Both the position numbers and the translations under genes were made by a program. Shown one piece after another: positions 37,471 through 50,774 of a DNA stretch of 64,000 nt. Source of the stretch: Lama guanicoe (Eukaryota); contig MU053385.1 of assembly GCA_013239625.1 (NCBI GenBank), forward strand, positions 32,958 to 96,957, given 5' to 3'. Within the stretch, counting starts at the first letter, position 1; every line of letters starts with the position of its first letter. The notes under the pieces are model-generated. The model was not told the DNA's origin and did no database searches. It saw only the letters and a list, made by a program, of their open reading frames with translations.

Positions 37471-40400
37471 GAGAGGTCTGCGCTCTCAGGCCCTGAATGC
37501 TGGGATTCCCGAGAGGCCAAGTATGGCTGAGCCTCCACCACTTGCCTACTTAGCAGAGCCTCAGTTTCCCCATCTGCTGGGGAGGAGGAGAGGGACAGAG
37601 ATCCTTCTTCTGGACTTAGGTGGAGGGGGACGAGGCCTGGGGGGAGCTGACCCTTGCAGTTGCAAGCTTCCTGGAGGAGGTGTCCTAGGTAAACCTGTGA
37701 TCAGGGACTGAGACGCTTGTGTGTTGGAAGGTGAGGCATGCGGATGGGGACCCAGCCTGGGGAACCTCAAACTGCTAGAGTGAACTCTCCCAGGCTCCTC
37801 GAGCTCAGGCTCCAGTGGAGACAGACAGTGATCAGGTCCTGGTGAGCCCTGTGAGAAAGAGTCAGGGGAAGGGTCCTGCCACTTTAGCTAGGGGGATCCC
37901 AGAGGGCCTCTTGGAGGTGGTGACCTTTGACACACAAGATTTGCAGGAGGAGGGGCAGAGCGCCTGGAACCTGGGGGTAAGTGATGAGAGAGAACGACCC
38001 ACCTCAGGGCAGGGAAGATGCCAGCCAAGCTGCTCCTGGCCCTTCTTGAGGAAGTGGGATGTCCTTAAGATGGGCAGTGCGAGTCTTGCCTCCCAAAGAC
38101 TCAGCACGATTCTGACTCACGGAAGTCTTGGCCCACCAGAAAGGGGTCCAGAGCTCCCCATTCAGTCCCACAACTGGCTCCACAGACTCCCAGGCCAGGG
38201 GTCAGGGGCTTGTTCCAACCACCCCCAAGAGTCCATGCATCTCGCAGCTGTCCCTCCCTCTAGAGGCCCCCAGCACTACTCGGGCCCTCAGAGAAGCCCC
38301 CCGCCCTCCAGCTATCAGCAAGCAAAGCAGAACCTGAGTATGACCCAGCAACACAGAACATAACCTAACTGCCTCTGTGGTTTTCCGAGCAACCTGTCCT
38401 CCCCAACCCGACTTCCTGAGCAGCTGGGGAGCTTAGCTCAGCAACTGGGAGGGGGCAGAGGTGTGGGAACACCACTTCTGAGGCCTCCTTTGCTCTCAGC
38501 TGGACCAGCAGGGAAGCTCGGGACTCATCAACCTGTCCGGCTCTCCTGGGTAGGCCAGAGCTCAGGATTATGAAAAAGCTCAAACTCTCAGGTGGCACCT
38601 GCCAAGAGCAGCCCCAGCGCAAGCATCTCACCTCTGGCTGCAGCCTGCCTCCTGTCCAGCTACAGACTCCCACCAGGGCAGGGCTTGTGAGAAGCTGGGT
38701 GTCTGAACACGTCTGAGGCCTTCCTGACGGCCCTGTCAGCACCGTCTTCACTTCCACCAAGAAGGCTTCCCAGTGTCCAGCAGCCTGTGCAGGCAGAGGT
38801 CCTGGAGGGAGGGCGAACCAGGAGGCAGGAGGCCTGTCGGGTTCTCACTGTGCTGGGGCTCAGCCCCTACAGGACTGGGATGGCAGCCTGGGTTGGGCCC
38901 CCACTGCAGGAGGCTCCCAATACCCACAGACTCACCTTGGTGGGCAGGGAGCATCAGGCCAGGCCAAGGAGCTCACCTCCCAGCTAGACAGAGGACAGGT
39001 GTGGGGGAAGAACCCATAATAAGAAGCAGGGGGCAGGCACCATGGGGCTCTCACAGGCAGAAGGCCGTGGGCCACCCTCCTCCCCCGGAGAAGGCACCCA
39101 GGCCAACTGTGTCCATCTAACTCCTCGGGATCTGGATCGAGGGGTGGGCATAGATGTTGAAGCCTAGGTTTGGCCCTGCAGCAGAGGGGCTCCTGGCTTG
39201 GGTGTCCCTGGATGGGAGCAGACATGGGGTACAGGGAAGCCTCACCTTGGAGGCTCAGATCCCAGGATATGGAACCCCCAGGTCCACAGCTTAGAGAGGA
39301 GGTCTGGAAAGTTAAGGGCAGTGTGGAGGTGGTCTGGCTTGGGGAGTTTTAGGGGTGCCAAGCTCTAGAGATGGCCACAGACCTGGGAGGGGTTTCTCAG
39401 GGAGACAGTCTCCCTCCAGGAACTGGCCCCAGGTCCTCTGGCAGCCAGACCAGCATGCCTATCCCTCCTCTGCCCAGGCTGGTGCCAGGGTACCTTTGGT
39501 CCCGGACCCTGGCCTGGAGGGCAGTAGGTGGCACATGAGCCACGGGCTGGGGCTGGCATAGTTTCAAGATCATGGTGCCCTCCTGACAGCAAGCTGCAGC
39601 CCTAACCTTTGGCTCTCAGTTCTGGTAAGGGAGACAGACACCACTCTAGCACATGGGAAAAGAGCAGAGGGCAGAGCAGTCCCGGGGCCTCTTTGGAGGC
39701 AGAGCCACCGATGAGGACAAGAGGACGGGTGTGCATGTGCAGGTATACACACCAGCACCTGCACACAGAGCTGCTCCTTCACGCCGGCAGGGCTGGGAAA
39801 AGCCAGGTGTAGGACACGGACAGGGGCTATCTCCACAGAAGTGAGTGTGTATGGGAGAAGGGCCCCGCAGAGAGCACTTCCAGATGTAGGGCGGGGCATC
39901 AGGAAGGGGCAGATGTGGGGAGGGGGGCTTCAGTGGAGACACCACTGGCCTTCTAGCCCCCGCTGAGCCCAGGAGCTCAGCTGTGGCCTTGGAGAGCCTA
40001 GCCCCAGTCACGCCCCATGTGCCACCCACAGAAGGTGAAAAGCTGAGCAGTGTGACCGACGGCCGGGGCGTCGGGGTGTCGCTGTCCACACAGAGGGTGG
40101 AGGACTCCAGCGAGAGCCGTGAGGAGGAGCATGTGGTGAGCAGCGCCGTGGGAAGAGCCTGTGTGCACAGCACGCACAAGAGCCAGGGCCACTCGCGGGC
40201 CGGTGGCCTCCAGAGCTGTGGGCTGTGTGGGTGGAGGACGCAGGCGTAGCCCCGAGCGGGGCCCAGAAACAGATACCCCAGCCTGGGCGGATGTAGGTGG
40301 CGCACATTGGGTGGCCAAGTGTCTGGGCTGGGTGGTGAGGGTCTTCCGGGCCTCGGCATGGTTGGATGTGTGAGGGGTCTCCGTGGGGTGCGTCCCCATG

Positions 40401-43400
40401 TATCTGTGTGTGCGTGGCCCTTCCCTGCCTCTGCTTCTCAGCTCTGACCCTTGTGCCCTTCTCCCCTGCAGCCGGAAGGTCAGGACCCAGACGTGCTGTT
40501 TCCTGGGGGGGCCCGAAGGCCCTTCTCACTTAACCTCACCCATCAGGTGCCCCCCTGGCGGGAGGAGGTGAGCTCTGCTTGGCTGCCTGGTAGGGGTGGG
40601 CAGGGCAGGGCAGCGGTGCAGGAGGTAAGCCCTCCTCCTGCCCCCAGTACAAGGGGCAGGTGAATCTGCATGTGTTTGAGGACTGGTGTGGTGGCGCCGT
40701 GGGCCATCTGCGGAGGAACCTACACTTCCCGCTCTTCCCTCACGTGAGTGCTGGGGGCTGGGCGGTTGGCCCACAGGTGGGCAGGGGTATGCGGGGGCCC
40801 TGATATCGAGGCCGCTGCCACCCCCAGACACGCACCACAGTGAAGAAGCTGGCCGTGTCCCCCAAGTGGAAGAACTATGGCCTCCGGATCTTCGGCTTCA
40901 TCCACCCGGCGAGAGATGGTGCGGGCATGGGGTGTGGGGGGAGGGGGGCAGGAAGGCCCCACATCCCCCTGAGCCCTGTCCTGTGGCCTAGGAGACATCC
41001 AGTTCTCCGTGGCTTCAGATGACAACTCTGAGTTCTGGCTGAGCCCAAACGAGAGCCCGGCGGGCGCCCAGCTGATGGCCTTTGTGGGCAAGGTACCCCC
41101 ACCTGAAGCCCAGCCCCTCCATCCACACCCCTTCTGTTTTCACGGGCCTCCTGCGGCCTTGGTCACTTGTTCCCTCCAGCTTCTTAGGAATGGGGACTGG
41201 ATGGGGCTGGTGCCCCCAAGGAGGGGGTGAGCCCCCTGCCCCTTCTGTGTCACCCTCCAGACTGGCTCCGAGTGGACAGCGCCTGGAGAATTCACCAAGT
41301 TCAGCTCCCAGGTGTCCAAGCCCAGGAGGTGAGTGGCTGTGGGAGCGTGTGTCTGCGTGTGTGGGGACTGGGTGACATGCGTGCATGAGGCCAGTGCTGC
41401 TGTGCCTCCGTCTGCTTGGGGCTCCTGGGGCCTGCCCCTGACTTCTCTGTCCCCAGGCTCATGGCCTCCCGGAGGTACTACTTTGAGCTGCTGCACAAGC
41501 AGGATGACCGCGGCTCGGACCACGTGGAAGTAGGCGTGAGTGCAGCTGCCCTCCTGAGGGCTTCAAGACCCCACCTCCCCGGACCTGCCCTCACCTCCGC
41601 TGCTCCCTGCAGGGCAGCAGTGTGGACCCTGCCCCAGAGGAGCACCCAGCCTAGCTGACGAAGCAGAGGACAAAGCAGACGCTCATGGGCTTAGGCTTCA
41701 CGGTTCCTGGTCAGGGCCCAGGGGGTTCATGGAGGAAGTGGCCCTGGAGTAGAGTCTTGGGAGATGATAGACATCCACCAGGAGACGAGCAGAGGAATTT
41801 GGGGTGCATCAAATGAACTCCAGGTCCCCACCCAGAGTCTTCTGGAATCCAAGCAGGCCGGTGTCCAGATCAGGCAGGACTTCCCCCTGAGGAAAATCCC
41901 TCTGGCCACTACTTGAAGAGAGCCTGGTAGGAGGGACTTCTAGGGGCAGCCTTGGGGCCTGAACCAGGGAGGTGAGAATGGAGGAAGTGGGGGGTTGCAC
42001 AGCTACCAAGAGCGTGAGCCTGGCTGGGTGTGGGTTGGTGAGCAGGGTGGGTCGGGTTGGGGGGCATGTTGCAGGTGCCTGGTTTGTGTGCAGTGAGTGT
42101 CACCTTAGCTCAGCTTGGCACAGAGTCTAGGCTGGAAATGCAGATTCAAGGTGACCTTGTGGAAGCCGAGGGGGCGACGAAGAGGGCCCGGCATAGCCCA
42201 TAGGAACCCCATTGTGAGGGCATGGGAGAGGGACAGAGTCTGCAAGGGAGACTGAGAGGGAGTGGCCGGAGAAGCTGGGGAATGGGGATGGGGAGGTCCA
42301 GCAGGGAGCGGGGGCTGCTGAGTCCATCCCTTGGAAGGACAGCTCCACCCTCCAGAAGAGCCGTGGCTGCAGCAGCAGGAGCAGGTAGGGCAGAAGCCAT
42401 AACCAGAAGATGAGGAAGCACCCAGGATGTCAGGAAAGGCCTGGAGGGAGCATGGGAGGTCCTCGCCTGCCTCCAGGGACCCTAGCCGTCTGGGCCTCCT
42501 TAGGACCCCCTCCCATCCACCTTCCCAGCTTCCTGCACCCTTGACCAGGCCATCCGCTTTAGCTCCCCACCCCGCATCGGGAAGAATCACTCATCCCTGA
42601 CCAAGCCAAGTTCCCACCTTGACCCCTGTCCTCTGGTCCTGACAATCCTCTCTACCCTGCAGTGGCGAGCCTTCCTGCCGGGCCTGAAGTTCGAGGTCAT
42701 AGGCCCTGCTCACATCTCCCTGTACACAGGTGCAGTGCCTGGTGCCTCTCTGGGAAAGGGGGAGGGCTCCTAATGGGTGGTCTCTTTGGGATGGTGTCTG
42801 GATGTAGGTGAGGAGGGGTCCCTGGGCACTCCCGGGGACCCCCACATCCTCTGTCTCTAGATGAGTCAGCCCTGAAGATGGACCACGTGGCCCACGTCCC
42901 ACAGTCCCCAGCCAGTCGCGTCCAGAGGCTCCTGCTGCAGGAGGAGCCCAGAGCCGACATGCTGCGGCCAGATCCACGAGACACCTTCTTTCTCAGTGAG
43001 AGGGGGCCCGCGAGGGGCGTGGGGCGGGGGTTCCAGGCCGGCCACCCTGTGACCATCCCTCCTGCAGCGCCTCGGTTGGAGCCCTCGAGTCTGGAGAATG
43101 TGCTGGAGCCCTGTTCCTACGCCCCCACCTACGTCGTCAAGGACTTTCCTATCGCAAGATACCAGGGACTGCAATTTGTGAGTGCCTCTCGCCAAGACCT
43201 TCCCTGAGACCCAGGCCTCCCTCTCCCCAGGGTCCCCTGAGCCTCCTCCAGATCCTCTGGAAGACGCCTGGCCTGAGCACTCTGCCCTGTCTCAGGTGTA
43301 CCTGTCCTTCGTTTATCCCAATGACCACACGCGCCTCACTCACATGGAGACGGACAACAAGTGCTTCTACCGCGAGTCACCGCTGTATCTGGAAAGGTGT

Positions 43401-46400
43401 GTGGGTGGTAACAGGGAAAGAATGGGGCGGGGCCTCTGCGCAGCGGGGTCTCTGATGCCCCGCCCCCGCCCCAGGTTTGGGTTCTATAAATACATGAAGG
43501 TGGACAGGGAGGAAAGGGAGGAAGATGAAGAGGAGGAGGTGCAGCGCCGAGCCTTCCTCTTCCTCAACCCGGATGGTGAGTGCCCCCCACCGCCTCCGCC
43601 CCCAGCTAGGCCCTCCCGGGCAGGGTGGCTGAACTGCCCTTTCCACAGACTTCCTGGACGACGAGGACGAAGGGGAGCTGGAACCCACCGAGGCGTCCCC
43701 AGCGCAGAGCAGCCGCCTGTTTCCCGCCCCTTTGGCTCCCACCAAGGCCCCAGCCACCCCTGCCCCGCCCACGTCTGCCACCCACCGGGGCGGCCCGGCC
43801 CCCAGGCGCTCGCGGGCCCTGAGCTGGGCTGCCCTTCCCCTTCCCCTCCTCTTGGGCCGCGCCCCACCACCCCGCGCCGCAGCCCAGCGGACGGCCCCGA
43901 AGGTGTACGTGACACGGGTGCGGCCGGGACCGCGGGCGCCCCCCCAGGCCTTGGCCCCGCTCAGCCCACGAGGCCTGCCCTGGCCGCCCTTCCGCGGCGT
44001 CTACCTGCGCCCCAGATCTCTGCCCAGGGTGCAGCTGCGCACACCCTTACGCCCACCCCAGGCTCCTGGCCGCAGGACCGGCAGCCCCCAGGCCACAGAG
44101 CTGAGGCCCCTGGCCTGGGCCCAGGCCACTCAGGGGAGCCGGGAGGGTGCGCCGGGACTCGCGGCCCCCACAGCGGACTCTAACTCAACTACTGAGGGGC
44201 AGCCTGTGACCTCCTTCCTGAGCTTGTCCCAGGTGTCCAGGCCACAGCTGCCTGGGGAGGGTGAGGAGGAGGAGGAGGAAGGGGACGACGAGGACGAGGA
44301 GGAAGGGGCCCCGGGCGATGAGGCTGCGTCAGAGGACAGCGAAGAGGCAGCTGGCCCGGCGCACAGCCAATGGCGCGAGGATGCCATCAACTGGCAGCGC
44401 ACATTCAGCGTGGGCAACGTGGACTTTGAGCTGCTGCGCTCAGACTGGAATGACCTGCGCTGCAACGTGTCTGGAAACTTGCAGCTGCCCGAGGCAGAGG
44501 CCGTGGACGTGGTGGCTCAGTACATGGAGCGTCTCAACACGCACTACGCCGGGTACGGGCGTCGGGCGCAAGTGAGACAGGACTGCCTTGGCTTCTGTGG
44601 GATCCTTAGACCTTTCCTAGGGTTTAACAGAGCAGCACACACCCCTTCTCCCTTCTGGGGCTCCTTACTGCATAGGGTCCCATGTATTAGGAACTTACTC
44701 CCCAACCCAGGGCTGGCCCTCCAGCGCTGTATGTACCTCTAAACCCCATGCCTATCGCCTTGGACCTAGACCTGAGCCACCCAGGTCTCTCCTCTAGATA
44801 GAGACACACACGAAGGTCAAGCTAAGAGCCCCCTGGACCGCTCCTCTGCTGGCAAAGTGCTGACTCAGGTCTTGGTCCTCAAGGGAAGGCTCAGGGTTCC
44901 TGCCCCATTGGACCCTCAGGTCTCCCCTAGGCCCCAGGTTCCAGTCCTGTCTCCACCCCAAGCAGGTATGGGGGCAGAGAGTGGGGGCCCCAGCTTGGCC
45001 TTAGGGTTCTCAGAGGTGTGCTGAACCCTTAAGGAGGGGCAGGCAGGCTCTGCAGATAGCCACAACAGGTAAGGGCTGGCCAGGAGGGCTGGTGGCAGAG
45101 GACAGGCATCGTGGGCCTCGAAGGCCAGGCACAAGACTCATTCTTCTTGCCTGTGAAACAAAGTTTTGAGACTTTGGGTTTGGCCCATTTGGGTTGTAGA
45201 CAAGCATGTGGCTGCCTTGGAGGGCAGTGGGTGGGAGGGGAAGCCTGTGACCCAAGGCTTGGTCCAGGGCAGTGACAAGATGTTCTGGGCTCTGAGCGGG
45301 GGCTGGAGGCAGGTTGATTCTAGATGGCTGAGAAATCAAACCTGCCCCCTGACTGAACTTCCTGACAGCAGCTCATCATCCGACCAGCATGAGGGGTCTT
45401 TCCAGCAGAAGGGTCATGGCTGTGGTCCCAAGGAGCAAGAGCAGACAGACCAGAGAGTCTGGGGCAGAAAGTCCCTGACAGTGAGGACAGCATGGTGGGG
45501 AAGGGCAGGGGTTGAAGGGAGGAATTTGGACCCCAAGGAGGTCACACAGGTAGGCTCCTGGCATGAGGGACACTGGCAGCAGAAGGAAGAGTGATCTCAG
45601 TCAGGGGCAGGTGCGATTTTCCCAGGATGAGGAGAAGCCTCTGAGGGCAGAGTGATGGGGGAAATGGTGCACTGAGCAGGGTTGGGGTGGGGGGAGCAGA
45701 GAGGGTCTCACTGCAGGCCCAGAGGCTTCTTCCCTGGGGATCAGGATGGCCTTGGGCTGGTGCCAGGGAAGGCACCAAGGAGGCTTCTCAGGGGAAGCAC
45801 CCAGGACCGTAGAGAGGAGGGGCTGGGGAAGACTGGGGCAAGCATCCAGGCAGGGACACCCACGTCAAAGAGCACAGGAAAGGAGGAAGTTTGCTCATGG
45901 AGCATGAGGGGATATTGAGGCCACAAGGTAGAGACCCTCACTGACTTAGAATGCCACTTAAGACGTTTGAACCTCATCCTGTGGACAGTGGGTGTCCCTG
46001 AAGATTTCTGAGCATGTCGCTGTGGGCAGGAATGATGGCACCCAGAAGAGAAGACGACAGGAGAGGGCCAAACTGGACTTGGGGGACACCTCCCTTGTGG
46101 GCTGCCCTAGGCTAGGGGAGGCACAGAATGTGGGCTTGTCTTCTGGGAACTCCCCGGTGGCCGGGAGGGAGAGGGACCCATGGCAGCACCCTCCCTCAGT
46201 CACCTGAGTTTCTGGAGCTGGGGCGATTTGCAGGAAGAGTCGGGGTTGGGGGCAGGGGATGCAACCGCCCACTGGAGGAGCTGACCTGGCCCCGCCTCCC
46301 AGGCGGTACGCACTTCTGCGCATCGTGAACGTGGAGAAGCGCAGGGATTCCGCACGCGGAAGCCGTTTCCTCCTGGAGCTGGAGCTGCAGGAACGCGGAG

Positions 46401-48467
46401 GCGGCCGCCTGCGCCTGTCTGAGTACGTCTTCCTGCGACTGCCTGGAGCCCGAGCCGGGGACACAGATGGGGACGGGGAGAGTCCCGAGCCTACTCCTGA
46501 GGTCTCAGCGCACCCCGACGGCCGCCCGGAGCTGTGCCGGCCGCTGCGCCTGGCCTGGCGCCAGGATGTAACGGTACACTTCATTGTGCCAGGTGCGCAG
46601 GAGGGCTGCAGGCCGGCCACCTGGGATCGGGGGGACTGGGTCCAGGAGGCCCCATGGGAGATGGGGAGTGCCACTGGCCCTGGAGAGGGTATCACGGTGA
46701 GTCAGGGTTGGCTCTGTGTCCCCATCCTCCAGTGAAGAACCAGGCACGCTGGGTGGTACAGTTCCTGGCGGACATGGCCGCGCTGCACGCCCACACAGGA
46801 GACTCTCACTTCAGTGTCATCCTGGTGGACTTTGAGAGCGAGGACATGGATGTGGAGCAGGCCCTGTGTGCTGCGCAACTGCCCAGGTAACAGCACCCCG
46901 ACCAGGGAGGGAGGAGCATATCTTCTCTCTTCCGAACAGCGGATTTTCTTGCCTGCCGTCGCCCCGAGAAATGGGGGCTGTGACTTCCCAGTCTTTACTC
47001 CCCCCTGACCAGGTACCAATACCTAAGGCGAACCGGAAACTTTGAGCGCTCTGCTGGGTTGCAAGCTGGAGTGGACGCGGTGGAGGTGCCTGTGTGGGTT
47101 GGGGCGGGTGGGCAGAGTGAGATGGGCTGGGGTGGGGGATGCCAAGAGAGGAACTTGTCTTCCGGAGGAGGGGGTGAGGCTCAGACCTCCCCGCTTCCTC
47201 CAGGATGCCAGCAGCATCGTTTTCCTCTGCGACCTGCATATCCACTTCCCCCTCAGCATCCTGGACAGCATCCGCAAGCACTGCGTGGAGGGCAAGCTGG
47301 CCTTCGCACCTGTGGTCATGCGTCTGGGCTGCGGGAGCTCGCCTGGGGACCCACATGGTAATGCCCTTCAGTCATGCCAGGGTAAAATCCAGGCTCCCTG
47401 GGGGCCTCCCAACTCCTAAGGAGGCCAGGGACCCTATCAGTGCCCCCTATAATGCTCAGGACCCCTTGTGGTATCTAGGACCCCCAAAATGCCCAGGACC
47501 CCAGGTCCTCCCCTACTAACCCCAGAGTCATGCTCAGCCCCTAGGAACCTCCTCCAACACCCAGGTCATGCACAAGGCTCCTAGGTTATAACCAACACGG
47601 AGCAGTGACCCCGAGAGCCCTCCTGAGGAAGGATTTGGGTTTGCAGGACCTAGTGTCTGAAGGGCACCCCATCCTTACCCCAGGTTACTGGGAGGTGAAC
47701 GGCTTCGGCCTCTTTGGGATCTACAAGTCAGACTTTGACCGCGTTGGAGGCATGAACACTGAGGAATTCCGAGACCAGTGGGGAGGCGAGGACTGGGAGC
47801 TCCTGGACAGGTGACCACTTCCTCCCCCATCATGGAGACTGAGACTTCCTTATCTTCCTTATCCTCCTCCTCTGAGGAGGGAGGGGGACCCCCAGGGGTC
47901 CTCACATGCTGAGAGAACTCTGCCTTCCTCTTTCCCCGACTCCCAGGATCTGTAGGCCTAGAGGGACCCTCAGACCCCACCCCATTCCCCAAAACCCCTT
48001 CCTACCCCAGGGTCCTGCAGGCTCAGGGAAGCGCTTGCATCAGTTCTGACCCCAGATCCTATAGGCCTGGTGGTGGTCCTGAGCCCCCACCCTCCCACCA
48101 GGGTCCTAGAGTGGTGGAAGCCCTGATCCCCCTAGACCCTGGGCAGGGTCACGACCGCTTCCATCCCATCCCATTCCGAGTTCTGTAGGCTCAGGGCAGC
48201 CCTGAACCCCTGCCCTCCCCCTGCAGGGTCCTGAAGAATCAGGGCCACCCCAGTCACCCCCAAACCCAGTCTTGATCACCCCCTGTAGGATCACAAAGAT
48301 CCTACAGGCTCGGGGGCAGCCCTGACCGCCCCTCTCTACCCAGGGTCCTGCAGGCAGGGCTGGAGGTGGAGCGGCTCCGACTGCGGAACTTTTACCACCA
48401 CTACCACTCCAAGCGGGGGATGTGGGGCACACGCAGCCGGAAGGCCTCCCACAGGGAGGCACCCTGA
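37026..48467 (+). CDS. B4GALNT4: Beta-1,4-N-acetylgalactosaminyltransferase 4, complete 20-exon CDS (3126 nt, 1041 aa)
   Basis: Exons: 37026-37176, 40032-40135, 40472-40567, 40648-40743, 40828-40918, 40992-41092, 41261-41328, 41457-41535, 42663-42729, 42861-42995, 43068-43177, 43296-43396, 43475-43575, 43649-44552, 46303-46592, 46733-46886, 47013-47085, 47204-47357, 47684-47810, 48344-48467. All introns GT-AG with consistent phases. Type II TM anchor, PA14-like region, acidic/Pro-rich stem, DLH and WGGED motifs of GT7. Confidence 0.96.
40032..41535 (+). CDS. B4GALNT4: B4GALNT4 exons 2-8 cluster
   Basis: Includes [67 protein letters not shown]. Confidence 0.92.
42663..44552 (+). CDS. B4GALNT4: B4GALNT4 exons 9-14 cluster (exon 14 is 904 nt)
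   Basis: Includes [27 protein letters not shown], a poly-acidic tract and [30 protein letters not shown]. Confidence 0.92.
46303..48467 (+). CDS. B4GALNT4: B4GALNT4 exons 15-20 cluster (catalytic domain)
   Basis: Includes [74 protein letters not shown]...[13 protein letters not shown]. Confidence 0.93.
47940..48343 (+). repeat. Degenerate tandem repeat (about 45-nt unit) in B4GALNT4 intron 19
   Basis: Recurring ccc(c)ag|(g/a)(g)tcct(g/a)(c/t)aggctcaggg...ccctga...ccc units. Confidence 0.7.
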
Positions 48468-48776
48468 AGACCAGCGACCCCTCCTGGCCCAGGCTGCAGC
48501 GCTGCAGTGGCAGCTGGCAGCCAAGCTCTGAGCTTGGACCCTGGGGACCCGGCGGGGCTCATCCCAGGGGCACAGCCACCATCTGTGCCTGGCCCTTCTG
48601 GCCCACCCAGGCCACTGCCCCATTTGTGCCCCTCCCCAGAGAGGCAGCCTTCATAGCAGGCTGGGGCCCAGGCCTGGTCCCCACGCCCTGTGTGATGATT
48701 TCTGTGAAATTTTGCCGTAGCGATGACATTGTTTTCAGGATTTCCAAGAGTTCCATCAGTTCCATTTTTTATTCAG

Positions 48777-48787
48777 AATGAAATGAA
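48777..48787 (+). terminator. Probable non-canonical poly(A) signal of B4GALNT4 (overlapping AATGAA x2)
   Basis: AATGAAATGAA in a U-rich context about 310 nt past the stop; no plus-strand AATAAA nearby. Confidence 0.55.
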
Positions 48788-49429
48788 ATATTTTTTTTAG
48801 TTCTGACTCATTCTCCATGCCTGGTTCTCTTGGGTGGGCAGGGGCGAGCGTCAGCATTGGCAGGAGAGCCCCACACCCATGGGCAGCCCTGGGCACTGTC
48901 CCTGCTCCCAAGGCCCCTTCCTGACATGCAGCTGCAGCAGCCATGCTGACCCCATCCTCCTCCACCCTTGAAACCACTCTCCTCTTCCCCTTTAGCTTCT
49001 GTTTTGGGCCCTGGAGGGGTGGGGCCTGGCCTTCTTCCTCACTACCCTGTGCGTGGAGCCGCTGGTCACCGGCATGGCATGGGGCCTTCCCACTTGCCAT
49101 TCAGCCTTCTCCTCAGTCCCCTCTGTTGTGAAGACAGGTCTCAGATGGCAGTCTCACCCCAGCCTCCTCACGCACTCCAACACTTGTCCCCAGGGTGGCA
49201 GGGGATGTTCCATGGCCAGGTTCGGGGTATCAGTTAGGACTAAGTTGCCATAAACAGAAAACCCAATGCAGACTGGCTTAGGCCATAATGGGGAGTTTGC
49301 TCCTTTGACTTTCGTGGCATACTTGGAGATTCAGGGTCAGCAACCCCCTGGTGGTGCTGACAGGCCTGCCCTTCCCTGGAGGTCCCGATCACAGGAGGGA
49401 GGCCGGCCCTCTGCCTGGCCCTGGGTGTG

Positions 49430-49860
49430 CCTGCCTGGGTGAGTTCCCCACGGCCACTGTCGAACCGACTTACACACACACACCTCTGGAGGTCAGAAGT
49501 CCTAAAATTGAGGTTTTCACAGGCCTGTGCTCCTCCTTGGACTTTGGGACTGAATCTGCTTCCTCCATTGCCAGCATCTAGAGGCCACCTGGATGTCCTG
49601 GCTCACGGCCTCCTCTCCATCTTCAAAGCTGGCAGCTCACCATTTCCGTATTGCTCTCTCCCTGTGTCTCACCATCGCATCTCCTCTGACTCTGACCCTC
49701 TGCCCCTCTTACAAGGACCCCTATGATTACCACCCAGGATAGCCTCCCCATCCCAAGCATAATCCTTTACGTCATCTGTGAAGTCCCTCTTGCCATGTAA
49801 GGTGACAGCCACAGCTTCTGGAGATTAGGGCATGGACATCTTTGGGGCCACTATTCCTCA
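49430..49860 (-). mobile_element. MLT1 (MaLR) LTR
   Basis: 'tctggaggtcagaagtcc...tcttacaaggaccctatgattac...tcatctgtgaagtccctcttgccatgtaaggtgaca...gattagggcatggacatctttgggg'. Confidence 0.8.
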
Positions 49861-50469
49861 TCCACGGTCTGTGGGAGGACAGTCCATGTACCCAGCACTC
49901 CAAACAACCCTCGTGAGATTTACCCAGATTGTATCCTCGGGTCATACTGCACCATTAACACAGGGCAGCACAAAGGATTTCAATGAAAGAGAAGCCAGAT
50001 GGACACTCCATTCAGGCCCTGAGAAGAGCCTAGAGACGGACCTGCTGGAAGGGGTGGGAAGGGGCATTCGACTCTGACTGCTGACCGGAGCAGCCAGCAA
50101 GTGTCTGTAAACCTAAGTCACTGATGACATGTGGGCTTCACCCCAAGGGGCTGGTCCACAGCAGGCAAGGGCCCAGGGCGGAGGACACAGCTAACCTGCT
50201 GCACACCTACTAAGAAGATCCTAGAGGCTCCCAGCTCAGACTGATCACTCCTCCCTAAGTATCTGGTTCAGAGGGAATGGTCCCCACTCACAGATGTTTC
50301 ATAACAAGAAAAGAACCAGCACTGGAATTAAGAATATATATGACCTAAAGAGGGGAGGAATGTAATTAGCAGGCAGGTGGAGCATGCCCATCAGAAAAAT
50401 AATTACCTCTGGAAGCAGAAGAAAATTTCAGTCAACATTCCATCTAACTTTGACTATATATACACCATA

Positions 50470-50720
50470 ATTTATTCATCCATTTTAACAACTACTTATT
50501 GAGCACCTACTATGTGACAGGCACTGAGGAAAAAGTGATGAACAAAACAGACAAGAATCCTGTCCTTGTGGAACTTACATTCTAGGGAAGAGTGGACAGG
50601 AGCAGACAAAAGACACCACAAAGAAAATGTGCAGTATACTACCTGGTGGCAACTGTTGTAGAGAAAAATGAAGCCAGAAAGAGAAGAGTAAGTTTGAGGC
50701 TGTCAAGGACAGGATGGGGA
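50470..50720 (-). mobile_element. L2 3' end
   Basis: 'attcatccatt...acttattgagcacctactatgtgacaggcactg...gtccttgtggaacttacattctag'. Confidence 0.7.
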
Positions 50721-50774
50721 AGGGGAGGAAGTCAAACGTGACATTTGAGAAAATTTTTTAAAAATCAACGATAA

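Noticed and set aside
43182..44183. 333-aa ORF overlapping B4GALNT4 exons 12-14
   Set aside because: Read-through of exons 12 and 13 plus short introns, then an alternative frame of GC-rich exon 14; explained by the spliced gene.
47360..48343. Repeat-spacer appearance resembling a CRISPR array
   Set aside because: Eukaryotic introns, degenerate units of variable length and no cas genes.
48692..48806. Possible box C/D snoRNA or SECIS (GTGATGA...CTGA; ATGA..AAA..GA)
   Set aside because: No terminal stem or convincing helix; lies in a 3' UTR across the likely poly(A) site; B4GALNT4 ends at the expected length, so Sec recoding is not needed.
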